DNA of 64,000 nt from an uncultured delta proteobacterium. Its GTDB lineage: Bacteria > Myxococcota_A > Polyangia > Fen-1088. The stretch covers positions 1,600,001 to 1,664,000 of the forward strand of contig CAVYGB010000008.1 in NCBI GenBank assembly GCA_963767925.1, given 5' to 3'. The first letter of the stretch is position 1. Each line of letters begins with the position of its first letter. Below are positions 54,667-64,000 of this stretch, in pieces. Under the pieces are notes generated by a model that was given only the letters and a program-made list of their open reading frames with translations, was not told the DNA's origin and ran no database searches. Made by a program: the position numbers and the translations under genes.

Positions 54667-55834
54667 ATGCGTGACGTCGTCATTCTTTCCGCGGTTCGCA
54701 CCCCCATCGGGCGCGCCCTCAAGGGGAACCTTCGCCACACCCGCCCCGACGATCTGGGCGCCCTCGTCGTCAAGGAGGCGCTGGCGCCGGGCCGAGCTCG
54801 GCGGGCGACAAGATGGAGGATCTCGTGCTCGGCTGCGCCAACCCGGAAGGGGAGCAGGGGCTCAACGTCGCCCGTCTGGTGGGCCACCTGGCCGGGCTGC
54901 CCGACGAGGTGCCGGCCATGACCATCAACCGCTTCTGCTCGTCGGGGCTGCAGGCGGCGGCCATCGTGGCCGATCGGATCGCCGTGGGGGCCATCGACGC
55001 GGGGCTGGCGGGCGGGATCGAGTCGATGTCGATGATCCCCATGGGGGGCGGGCGCATCTCGCTCAACCCGCGGATGGCCGAGGTCTCGCCCGACGCCTAC
55101 CTGCCGATGGGCAACACCGCCGAAAACGTGGCCCGTCAGTTCAAGGTCGGCCGCGAAGAGCAGGACGCCTTCGCCCTGCGCAGCCACCAGAAGGCGGTGG
55201 CGGCCTGGACGGAAGGACGTTTTCAGGCCGAGGTGGTGCCGGTCAAGACACGGGTGTTCGAGGAGGGGGCCTGGACCGACGTCACCGTCGATCGCGACGA
55301 GGGTCCTCGCGCCGACACGACCATCGAGAAGCTGGCAAGTCCTTGAAGCCGGTCTTCGATCCGACCGGCAGCGTGACCGCCGGCAACTCCTCCCCACTCA
55401 ACGACGGCGCCGCCGCCGTCGTGCTGATGTCCGCCGACAAGGCCAGGGCGGAGCGGCGCCGGGCCCGGGCCTACTTCCGGGCCTTCGCCGTGGCCGGCGT
55501 CCCGCCGGGGATCATGGGGATCGGTCCCGTGCCGGCGGTGCGCAAGCTGCTGGCCAAGACCGGGCTCAAGGTCGAGGACATCGATCTGTTCGAGGTCAAC
55601 GAGGCCTTCGCCTCGCAGGCCCTGTATTGCCTGCGGGAGCTGGGGTTGCCCGACGACCGGGTCAACGTCAACGGGGGGGCCATCGCCCTCGGGCATCCCC
55701 TGGGGTCGACCGGGGCCCGCCAGATCGCCACCGCGCTGCACGAGCTCGAGCGGCGCAAGGGCCGCTACGCCGTCATCACGATGTGCGTGGGCGGCGGCAT
55801 GGGCGCCGCCGGACTCATCGAGCGGGCCAGCTGA
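54667..55834 (+). CDS. Acetyl-CoA C-acyltransferase (thiolase), two frameshifts
   Basis: [33 protein letters not shown]. Confidence 0.92.
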
Positions 55835-57161
55835 CGTCGTGCAGGGCGCGGGAGATCTCGTCGGCCAGCGCCTGCCGCCGGGCCACCAGCCGGTCGACCG
55901 TCGGGCCGTGGGCCCGGCGTAGCCAGCGCTGGCGGAACAGCTCCGCGACGTCGCCGGCCAGCTCGGGAAAGCGCATCGCCGCGTACCCGCCCAGCGGGGC
56001 GAGCAGGGCCATGCCGAGGGCGCCCCGCCAGCCAGCCTGGAGGGCAGCCCCCGCGATCTCGCCCACCCAGAACAGCGCGATGAACAGCACGCCCGCCAGG
56101 ATCTTCACGGTGCCCAGCAGGTCGTCCTCGCCCCGGGTAAACTGGGGGGCCACCTTGCCCGCCAGCCGGTAGGGGATCCACCACAGGGCGGCCCCCAGCA
56201 GGGCCAGGGGCGCGCTGGCCACCAGCTTGGCGAGGCTGAGCAGGACGCGCCCGGGGCGTACCCGGGGCGCCTCGAGCGCCCAGGGATCGCGCACCCCGAG
56301 GTGGGCCAGGACGCGGGCGTACTCCCGGGCCGCCTGCACGATGCGCTGGGCCCGCGCCGGGTCCCGCGCGCGCATGGCGCGGTAGCCGGCCAGCAGCGTG
56401 CGCGCGCGCTGGTGGCGGTGGCGGGGGTTCTCGGTTTCGGCCGGGTCGCTGGCGGTCCAGGCCGCCACCTGGGCGACGCCGTCGAGGAGATCGCGGGTCT
56501 CCGCCTCCAGCACCACCTCCCCGAGCGCGCTCCGCATGTCGCGGGTCAGCCGCTCGACCGCCGCCCGCTCGTCGCGCCGGTATTCGGAGAGTCGGGGGCC
56601 GACCGGGATGGGCTCGCCGAACACGAGCAACACGCCCGAGCGAAAGGTGGTCTTGGCGTCGAAGGAGAGCCCCACCGGCAAGATCACGACCTCCCCGCCC
56701 GCGACCTCGGCCGCCGCGCTGAGGGCGATGCGGGCGGCGCCGGTCTTCAGCGGCCGGAGCTGGGGGTCCGAGTGAGAGGTCCCCTCGGGGAACAGGGCCA
56801 GCCACTCGCCCCGGGCGAGGGCCGCCCGGCTCAGGGCGAAGGTGGCGTCGTTGCGGCGCGGGTCGCTCTTGCTGCCCGGCCGCCGGTCCTGGGGCCGGTA
56901 GATGGGGATACTGCCGAACGCCTCCATGGCGAACCTCGCCAGGGGCCGCTGGAAGAACGTGCTCTTGGCCAGGAAGCGCACCGGGCGGTGCAGGGCGATA
57001 CGCAGGAGCATGGGATCGATCAGGCCGTTGCCGTGATTGGCCACCAGGATGGTGCGCGCAGCCCCCGGCAGGTGCTGCTGCCCCACCACGCTCCGGTGGG
57101 GGTAATACAGGCGCACGAGCGCCAGGCAGCCCGCCCGCAGCAGAGCGGCGAACACCCCCAC
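55815..57161 (-). CDS. Phospholipid/glycerol acyltransferase (PlsC family) with C-terminal TM helices
   Basis: NHGNGLID (HX4D), FLAKS, FPEGTS. Confidence 0.88.
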   Translation of the reverse strand: MGVFAALLRAGCLALVRLYYPHRSVVGQQHLPGAARTILVANHGNGLIDPMLLRIALHRPVRFLAKSTFFQRPLARFAMEAFGSIPIYRPQDRRPGSKSDPRRNDATFALSRAALARGEWLALFPEGTSHSDPQLRPLKTGAARIALSAAAEVAGGEVVILPVGLSFDAKTTFRSGVLLVFGEPIPVGPRLSEYRRDERAAVERLTRDMRSALGEVVLEAETRDLLDGVAQVAAWTASDPAETENPRHRHQRARTLLAGYRAMRARDPARAQRIVQAAREYARVLAHLGVRDPWALEAPRVRPGRVLLSLAKLVASAPLALLGAALWWIPYRLAGKVAPQFTRGEDDLLGTVKILAGVLFIALFWVGEIAGAALQAGWRGALGMALLAPLGGYAAMRFPELAGDVAELFRQRWLRRAHGPTVDRLVARRQALADEISRALHDVSWPAR

Positions 57162-57189
57162 CCCCGCCCCTCCCCCCTCTCTCCCTCTC

Positions 57190-57915
57190 CTATCGGGCCG
57201 GCACTTCGGGACCGCGCGGCGAGAGGCCCCGGTGGCCCTTGGTCCGCTCGTCCGAGACGATGCGCCCATCCTTGAAGCGGATCACCCGATCGCAGTAGGC
57301 CGCCACGTCGGGCTCGTGGGTCACGATCACGATGGTCATGCCGCTCTCGTGCAGGTCACAGAACAGGTCCATGATCTGGCCGGTGGTCTCGGTGTCGAGA
57401 GCCCCGGTGGGCTCGTCGGCCAGCAACAGCACCGGGTTCTGCACGATCGAGCGGGCGATCGAGACCCGCTGCTGCTGGCCGCCCGACAGCTCGTTCGGCT
57501 GGTGGTCCATGCGGTCTTGCAACGACACCCGGGCCAGCGCGGCGGCCGCCCGGCGGCGCCGCTCGCTGCTGGGCGCGCCGCCGTAGAGCATCGGCAACTC
57601 GACGTTGGCCAGGGCGCTGTAGCGGGGCAGCAGGTTGAACTGCTGAAAGACGAAGCCCACGTTGCGATTGCGGAAGCGGGCCAGCGCCCGATCGTCGAGG
57701 ACCGAAACGTCCTGGCCGTCGAGGGTGTAGACCCCCGAGGTCGGTCGATCGAGCGTCCCGAGGATGTTGAGCAGAGTGGACTTTCCCGACCCGGACGAGC
57801 CCATGATGGCCACCATCTCGCCCCGGTCGATCTCGACGTCCACGTTCCGCAGGGCATGCACCTCGGTGGCGCCCATGCGGTAGATCTTCGAAACCTGGTT
57901 GATGCTCAGCAGCAA
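57190..57915 (-). CDS. ABC transporter ATP-binding protein (MacB/LolD-like)
   Basis: GSSGSGKST, GFVFQQFNL, LSGGQQQR, ADEPTGALD; AGGAG RBS before a TTG start. Confidence 0.93.
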   Translation of the reverse strand: MLLSINQVSKIYRMGATEVHALRNVDVEIDRGEMVAIMGSSGSGKSTLLNILGTLDRPTSGVYTLDGQDVSVLDDRALARFRNRNVGFVFQQFNLLPRYSALANVELPMLYGGAPSSERRRRAAAALARVSLQDRMDHQPNELSGGQQQRVSIARSIVQNPVLLLADEPTGALDTETTGQIMDLFCDLHESGMTIVIVTHEPDVAAYCDRVIRFKDGRIVSDERTKGHRGLSPRGPEVPAR

Positions 57916-58126
57916 CAGCGTGCTCCTTTGGTCGCGTTCATCTTATCAACAGCAGCGGCCGCGAAAACGCGGATCCGTCACCGCTCGAATCACTACGAAA
58001 GACCACAAGCGCCCGTAAACTCTTCGTAAATTGCCACGGCGGTCCTGGCGCTGCCGGATCGGAGCTGCGATACTAGGCCCGTTTCTGGCTCGGCGCCTTC
58101 TTTCTAATGCCCGGCCGGTTCGCCTT

Positions 58127-59014
58127 ATGAAGAGCTTTGGTCTGTTACTTGTTGCATCGCTTTGTGCGTTTGCTGGGTGTGCGTCCGACGAGGCTGGGCT
58201 GTCGTTCGAGTCCGCTCGCGCTGCCGAAGCCGGGGACAGGCCGTCGACGGTCTCCGCGCGGGCGCCCGACGCGGGCGCCGGGGCGGACGGGAGCAGCGCC
58301 CTCGTCGCGCCGGCCGAGCCCCTCGAGGTGAGCGTGCCCCGCTGTGGACCGCCGCCCCATCACCCGGTCGTGCTGCGAGCGCGCGACATCCAGGCCCAGG
58401 CCGGGCGGGAGCAGGGGGGCGTGACCATCACGTTCAAGCACTGCCCCGGCCAGCGCTTCATGACCGGCCGCGATGGCCGGGCGGTGGTGCCGGTGACCCT
58501 CGGCGCCGAGACCTGGATCCGCTTCGAGGCGCCCGGATACCTGCCCTGGATGGTGGGCGAGATGCCGATCGGCGCTGATCTTCCTCCCAGTGGGGTGGTC
58601 GGCACGCTGGTGCCCCGCAGCCTGGCCGCCACCGTCACGCCGGGCTATCAGGCCGAGAGCCCGCTCGTGTTCGTGCAGGTGCAGGCAGGACGGGCCACCG
58701 CCTCCGACGCCTGCCGCGCGCGCGAGGGCGTCCTCCTCGGCGTGAAGGACCACCCGGAGGCGACCGTGCTCTACCGGGCCACCGGGAGCAACGGGAGCTA
58801 CCAGCGCGGGCTCGGCACCAGCGCGGAAGGCGTCGCCATCGTGGCGGGGCTGGCCCCCGACAGCGGTCCCATCGAGCTCGTCGCCCAGAAGATGGGCTGC
58901 GACTACACGCTCTCTTATGGTGACGCCAACTCGCCGGCGCTGGTCCCCATCCTGCGGACCCCGATCTCGGCGGGGGTCGTCACCTACCAGAGCATCAATC
59001 CGACCCGCCCCTGA
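58127..59014 (+). CDS. Putative lipoprotein, unknown function
   Basis: MKSFGLLLVASLCAFAGC lipobox. Confidence 0.72.
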   Translation: MKSFGLLLVASLCAFAGCASDEAGLSFESARAAEAGDRPSTVSARAPDAGAGADGSSALVAPAEPLEVSVPRCGPPPHHPVVLRARDIQAQAGREQGGVTITFKHCPGQRFMTGRDGRAVVPVTLGAETWIRFEAPGYLPWMVGEMPIGADLPPSGVVGTLVPRSLAATVTPGYQAESPLVFVQVQAGRATASDACRAREGVLLGVKDHPEATVLYRATGSNGSYQRGLGTSAEGVAIVAGLAPDSGPIELVAQKMGCDYTLSYGDANSPALVPILRTPISAGVVTYQSINPTRP

Positions 59015-59024
59015 GCGCGCGCGG

Positions 59025-59921
59025 TCAGGGCGCCTGGGTGCGGCCCCGCAGGTCCGAGAGCCAGGGGGCCAGGTCGGGAGGCCAGGGGCTCTCGAACGCA
59101 AGCGGCTCACCCGTGCGCGGATGCGCCAGCGCCAGCCGGGTGGCGTGCAGGGCCATCCGGGGCGGATCGATGGCGCTGGCCAGCCCGTAGACGGTGTCGC
59201 CGAGCACGGGGTGACCGAGCGCCCGGCAGTGCAAGCGGATCTGGTGGGTCCGGCCGGTCTCCAGCGTGCAGCGCAGGTAGCTGGCCCGGGTGCCGATCCG
59301 CTCGAGCAGCTCGATGCGGGTGCGGGCGGGGCGGCGCTCGATGGGCTGGTCGACGAGGCCGATCTGGGGAGGGAAGATCCCCGCGACGACGGTCAGATAC
59401 ACCCGCTCGAGGTCGTGGCTGCGGAAGCGCTCCGACAGCGTCTTGAGGGCCAGCTCGCTCTTGGCGAAGATCAGCAGGCCGCTGGTCGGCAGGTCGAGCC
59501 GGTGCACAACCTGCACGGGCTGCCGGCCATCCCCCCGGCGGGAGAGCAAGGACTGCAGGTTACCCCGGTCGCTCTCGGGAGTGGGCGCGGTGAGGAGCCC
59601 GGCGGGCTTCTCCACCACCACCACGTCCTCGTCCTCGTGCACGATCCGGTAAGGCGGTAGCCGGCCCTCCTCGGAGGTCCGGGCGTTCTCGCCGGTCCGG
59701 TTCTCCGCCCGGGCGAAGGCGCCGCCCAGGTGGGCGACCACCTGCTCGTTGGCCCGCATCGCTCGGCTGGCGATCTTGATCCGCCGGCGGTCGACGAACA
59801 CGCCCCCGAGATCGATGAGGACCCGCGCGCGCCGCCGGGAGAGCCCCGGGACGCGCACGGCCAGGAGCTGGTCGAGGCGAAGGCCGGCCTCCTCGGCCGA
59901 CACGGTGATGTTTGCCGTCAC
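59025..59921 (-). CDS. RluA/RluD family pseudouridine synthase with S4 domain
   Basis: [30 protein letters not shown]. Confidence 0.92.
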   Translation of the reverse strand: MTANITVSAEEAGLRLDQLLAVRVPGLSRRRARVLIDLGGVFVDRRRIKIASRAMRANEQVVAHLGGAFARAENRTGENARTSEEGRLPPYRIVHEDEDVVVVEKPAGLLTAPTPESDRGNLQSLLSRRGDGRQPVQVVHRLDLPTSGLLIFAKSELALKTLSERFRSHDLERVYLTVVAGIFPPQIGLVDQPIERRPARTRIELLERIGTRASYLRCTLETGRTHQIRLHCRALGHPVLGDTVYGLASAIDPPRMALHATRLALAHPRTGEPLAFESPWPPDLAPWLSDLRGRTQAP

Positions 59922-59952
59922 TCCGCCTCGAACCGGCTCAGGTCACGTCCCG

Positions 59953-61003
<1,051 letters not shown>

Positions 61004-61116
61004 GTTTGGTAAAGCTCCCTTTCCGCCGGCTTCTTAGCACGAAACTCACCCCCTCCGTCGCGGCTGGAGGCCACAATTCGGGTCGAAACCCGGGCGGATG
61101 GTAGGCTTTTACGGAC

Positions 61117-62163
61117 ATGGCCGCTGGCCCACCCATCCTGTCTGCCGCTGCGGTCAAGGCCGCGGCGCATTCCAGCGGCTTTCCGCTGGTCGGGCTGGCC
61201 CGGGCCGAGCCGCTCGAGGCCGCTCCGCTCGAGCGCTGGCTGGCGGCGGGCCACGCCGCCGATATGAGCTGGATGGCCGAGCGGCGCGAGGAGCGCCTCG
61301 ATCCCGCCCGCGTCCTGCCCGACGCCCGCACGGTGATCGCCCTGGCCATCCCCTATGGCCGCACCGTCGAGCCGGCCGGGGCCCCCGATGTGCGCGCGTC
61401 GGTGGCCCGCTACGCACGTGGGCGCGACTACCACTACGCCCACCGGGACCGGATGAAGGCGTTGCGCAAGCGCCTCCTGCGGCTGGATGCCACCCTGGAG
61501 ACCTACGCCTGCGTGGACACCGGCCTGGCCATGGAGAAACCCTGGGCGGAGCGGGCCGGGCTGGGATGGATCGGAAAAAATGGCTGCCTCATCACCCGCA
61601 GCCACGGCTCCTGGGTCACGTTGAGCGTGATGTTCCTCGACCGGGAGGTCGATGGCCATGACGAGCGCCAGCCCAATCTGTGCCAGGACTGCACGCGCTG
61701 TCTCACCGCCTGCCCGACCTCGGCCTTTCCCAGCCCGGGGGTGGTGGACGCCCGGCGCTGCATCTCCTACCAGACCATCGAGAACCAGGGGTTCGTGCCG
61801 CTGCCCCTGCGCCCGCGGCTGCGGGGCCACCTGTTCGGTTGCGACGTCTGCCAGGAGGTCTGCCCGTTCAACCGGGCCGAGCTGCCGCCGGGAGACGCCC
61901 GCTTCGCTGCCCGGCCGCTCGGCCTCATGCCCGAGGAGGAGGTCGCGGCCCTCAGCCGGGAAGACTTCGATCGGCTGTCGGCCGGGATGGCGCTGGCCCG
62001 GGCGAAATACGATGGCTTGCGGCGCAACGCCATCCTGGCGCTGGGCCCGGCCCGCGCCCGCAAGGCCCGGGCCCTGCTCGAGCGCCTGGCCGAAGATCCC
62101 AGCCCGCTGGTCCGCGAAGCCGCGCGCTGGGCCCTCGATTCTTCGGTAATGTCCGGCGGATGA
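61117..62163 (+). CDS. queG: Epoxyqueuosine reductase
   Basis: ARYARGRDYH, AGLGWIGKN, CQDCTRCLTACP, RCISY, GCDVCQEVCP. Confidence 0.93.
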   Translation: MAAGPPILSAAAVKAAAHSSGFPLVGLARAEPLEAAPLERWLAAGHAADMSWMAERREERLDPARVLPDARTVIALAIPYGRTVEPAGAPDVRASVARYARGRDYHYAHRDRMKALRKRLLRLDATLETYACVDTGLAMEKPWAERAGLGWIGKNGCLITRSHGSWVTLSVMFLDREVDGHDERQPNLCQDCTRCLTACPTSAFPSPGVVDARRCISYQTIENQGFVPLPLRPRLRGHLFGCDVCQEVCPFNRAELPPGDARFAARPLGLMPEEEVAALSREDFDRLSAGMALARAKYDGLRRNAILALGPARARKARALLERLAEDPSPLVREAARWALDSSVMSGG

Positions 62164-63836
62164 CCCTCCCGCTGCTCGCGTCCCTGGTCATCATCGCCCT
62201 CGCCCTCGGCTATCGCTTTTATGGCGGGTTCGTGGCCCGGCAGTACCGGCTGGACGACCAGGCCACCACCCCGGCCGAGCGGCACAACGACGGCGTCGAC
62301 TTCGTCCCCACCCGCCCGGTCTACCTGCTGCCCCAGCACTTCTCGGCGATCGCCGCCGCCGGTCCCATCGCGGGACCGATCCTCGCGTGCCAGCAGTTCG
62401 GGTGGCTGCCGGCCCTGCTGTGGATCGGGTTCGGCGTGGTGTTCATCGGCGCGGTCCACGACTTCTCCACCCTCGTCGCCTCGGTCCGACACGACGGCCG
62501 GTCGATCGCCGAGGTGGTGCGGGCCAACCTGGGCCAGCGGGCCTACCTGGCCATGATGGCCTTCATCTGGGTGGCGCTGGTCTACGTCATCCTGGCCTTC
62601 ACCGACGTCACCGCCTCGACCTTCGTATCTGGCGACGCCGACACCCGCGGGCTCACCTTCCGCTTCAATCCCGGGGGCGCGGTGGCGGCGGCCTCGCTGC
62701 TCTACCTCTGCCTCGCCCTGCTGCTGGGGCTGGTCAACCGCTTCCTGCGCCCTCCCCTCTGGCTCACGACCTTGATCTTCGTCCCCGCCACCCTGGGCGC
62801 GGTCTGGCTGGGCACCCGCCTCTCCACCGTGCTCGTGCTCGACGCGAAGACCTGGGCGATGTTGATCCTGGGGTATTGCTTCGTTTCCTCGCTGGTCCCG
62901 GTGTGGGCCCTGCTCCAGCCGCGCGGCTACCTGGGGGGCTTCGTGCTCTACCTGGCCCTGGCGGTCGGCGTGGTGGGCATCTTCCTGGGCGGCTTCCCCA
63001 TCGAGCAGGAGGCCTTCCGGGGCTTCCACCTCCCCGGGCCCACCGGGGCCCTCTTCCCCTTCCTGTTCGTCACCATCGCCTGTGGGGCCTGCTCCGGCTT
63101 TCACGGGCTGGTCTGTTCGGGGACCACCTCCAAGCAGATCGCGCGCGAGCCCCACTGCAAGCCGATCGGCTACGGGGCAATGTTGCTCGAGGCCTTCGTG
63201 GCCCTCATCGCGCTGGCCACGATCATGATCGTCGCGCCGGCCGACTTGGCGGGCAAGGCGCCGGGGGCCGTCTACGGCCAGGGCCTGGGGCGTTTTCTCA
63301 CGGTACTCATCGGCGAGGCGCACCTGCCCTTCGCCATCACCTTCGGGGCGATGGCCTTCTCGACCTTCGTGTTCGACACGCTCGACGTGACCACCCGACT
63401 GGGGCGCTACATCCTGCAGGAGCTGTTCGGCTGGCGCGGCCGGGCCGGGGCCCTCGGCGCCACGGCGGTGGTCTGCCTGTTCCCCCTGTCCCTGCTGTTG
63501 CTGTCCGATGTGGGCAGCTATCGGCTGTTCTGGACCCTGTTCGGCACGTCCAATCAGCTCCTGGCCGGGCTGTCCCTGCTCGTCGTCTCGGTGTGGCTAC
63601 GCAAGACCGGCCGGCGCTACCATTACACGCTGGTGCCGGGGCTGTTCGTGCTGGCGGTGACCCTGACCGCCCTGGTGCTGCAGGTGCGCGGAGCCCTCTC
63701 CGGCCTCGTCGGCTGGGTGGGCCGCTGGAACGGCTTCGCCGCCGCCGCCCTCATCGTGCTGGCGCTCGTCCTGCTCGTCGCCACCGCGCGGGCCCTGCGC
63801 GAGCCTGGAAAAGGGGGCGAGCGCGCCCTATTGTGA
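62160..63836 (+). CDS. cstA: Carbon starvation protein A family transporter
   Basis: HFSAIAAAGPIAGP, GAVHDF, LLQPRGYL, TIACGACSGFH, LFGTSNQLL; ATGA overlap with queG. Confidence 0.93.
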   Translation: MTLPLLASLVIIALALGYRFYGGFVARQYRLDDQATTPAERHNDGVDFVPTRPVYLLPQHFSAIAAAGPIAGPILACQQFGWLPALLWIGFGVVFIGAVHDFSTLVASVRHDGRSIAEVVRANLGQRAYLAMMAFIWVALVYVILAFTDVTASTFVSGDADTRGLTFRFNPGGAVAAASLLYLCLALLLGLVNRFLRPPLWLTTLIFVPATLGAVWLGTRLSTVLVLDAKTWAMLILGYCFVSSLVPVWALLQPRGYLGGFVLYLALAVGVVGIFLGGFPIEQEAFRGFHLPGPTGALFPFLFVTIACGACSGFHGLVCSGTTSKQIAREPHCKPIGYGAMLLEAFVALIALATIMIVAPADLAGKAPGAVYGQGLGRFLTVLIGEAHLPFAITFGAMAFSTFVFDTLDVTTRLGRYILQELFGWRGRAGALGATAVVCLFPLSLLLLSDVGSYRLFWTLFGTSNQLLAGLSLLVVSVWLRKTGRRYHYTLVPGLFVLAVTLTALVLQVRGALSGLVGWVGRWNGFAAAALIVLALVLLVATARALREPGKGGERALL

Positions 63837-63840
63837 ATTC

Positions 63841-64000
63841 ATGGCTGGTCCCAACCGCACCAAGACTCCGTATGTCGTGCGACCACCCACCGCCGTCCTC
63901 ACGCGGGGGTACGATCCACGGCTGTCGGTCGGTTCGGCCCGACCGGCGGTGTTCCGGTCATCCACCTACGTCTTCTCCAGCCCGGAGGCGGCCGAGCGGG
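63841..64000 (+). CDS. PLP-dependent trans-sulfuration enzyme (Cys/Met metabolism family), 5' part only
   Basis: MAGPNRTKTPYVVRPPTAVLTRGYDPRLSVGSARPAVFRSSTYVFSSPEAAER resembles the N-terminus of cystathionine gamma-synthase/methionine gamma-lyase proteins. Confidence 0.65.
   Translation, partial: MAGPNRTKTPYVVRPPTAVLTRGYDPRLSVGSARPAVFRSSTYVFSSPEAAER

Overview
A very GC-rich chromosomal window, most likely from a Myxococcota bacterium (ATC-initiated infC with a Pro/Ala tail, FHA-GAF sigma-54 activator, Ser/Thr kinase, giant TPR proteins, many orphan lipoproteins). It holds about 47 genes: tRNA-Val-thrS-infC-rpmI-rplT, comF, a kinase/TPR/sigma-54 activator/lipoprotein cluster, a DEAD-box helicase with an RDSGP repeat, two giant TPR genes, hutH, cca, rnc, a ubiB-like kinase, sod, bcp, hrpB, a split B12 methylmalonyl-CoA mutase cluster, an IHF/HU gene, beta-oxidation genes, gap, queG and cstA. 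Several genes, including thrS and gap, carry single-base frameshifts that look like assembly errors. The most unusual feature is non-coding: three copies of a ~160-bp element bounded by CTAG or CCAG (7146-7310, 30930-31094, 31091-31254). Each copy is a long self-complementary hairpin. The arms differ between copies, but all three share an ungapped 50-nt central core with compensatory base changes and stacked tandem GA/GA mismatches. Two copies sit in tandem exactly at what would otherwise be the overlapping stop/start junction of rnc and cca. No CRISPR array, transposase, integrase or prophage was found.
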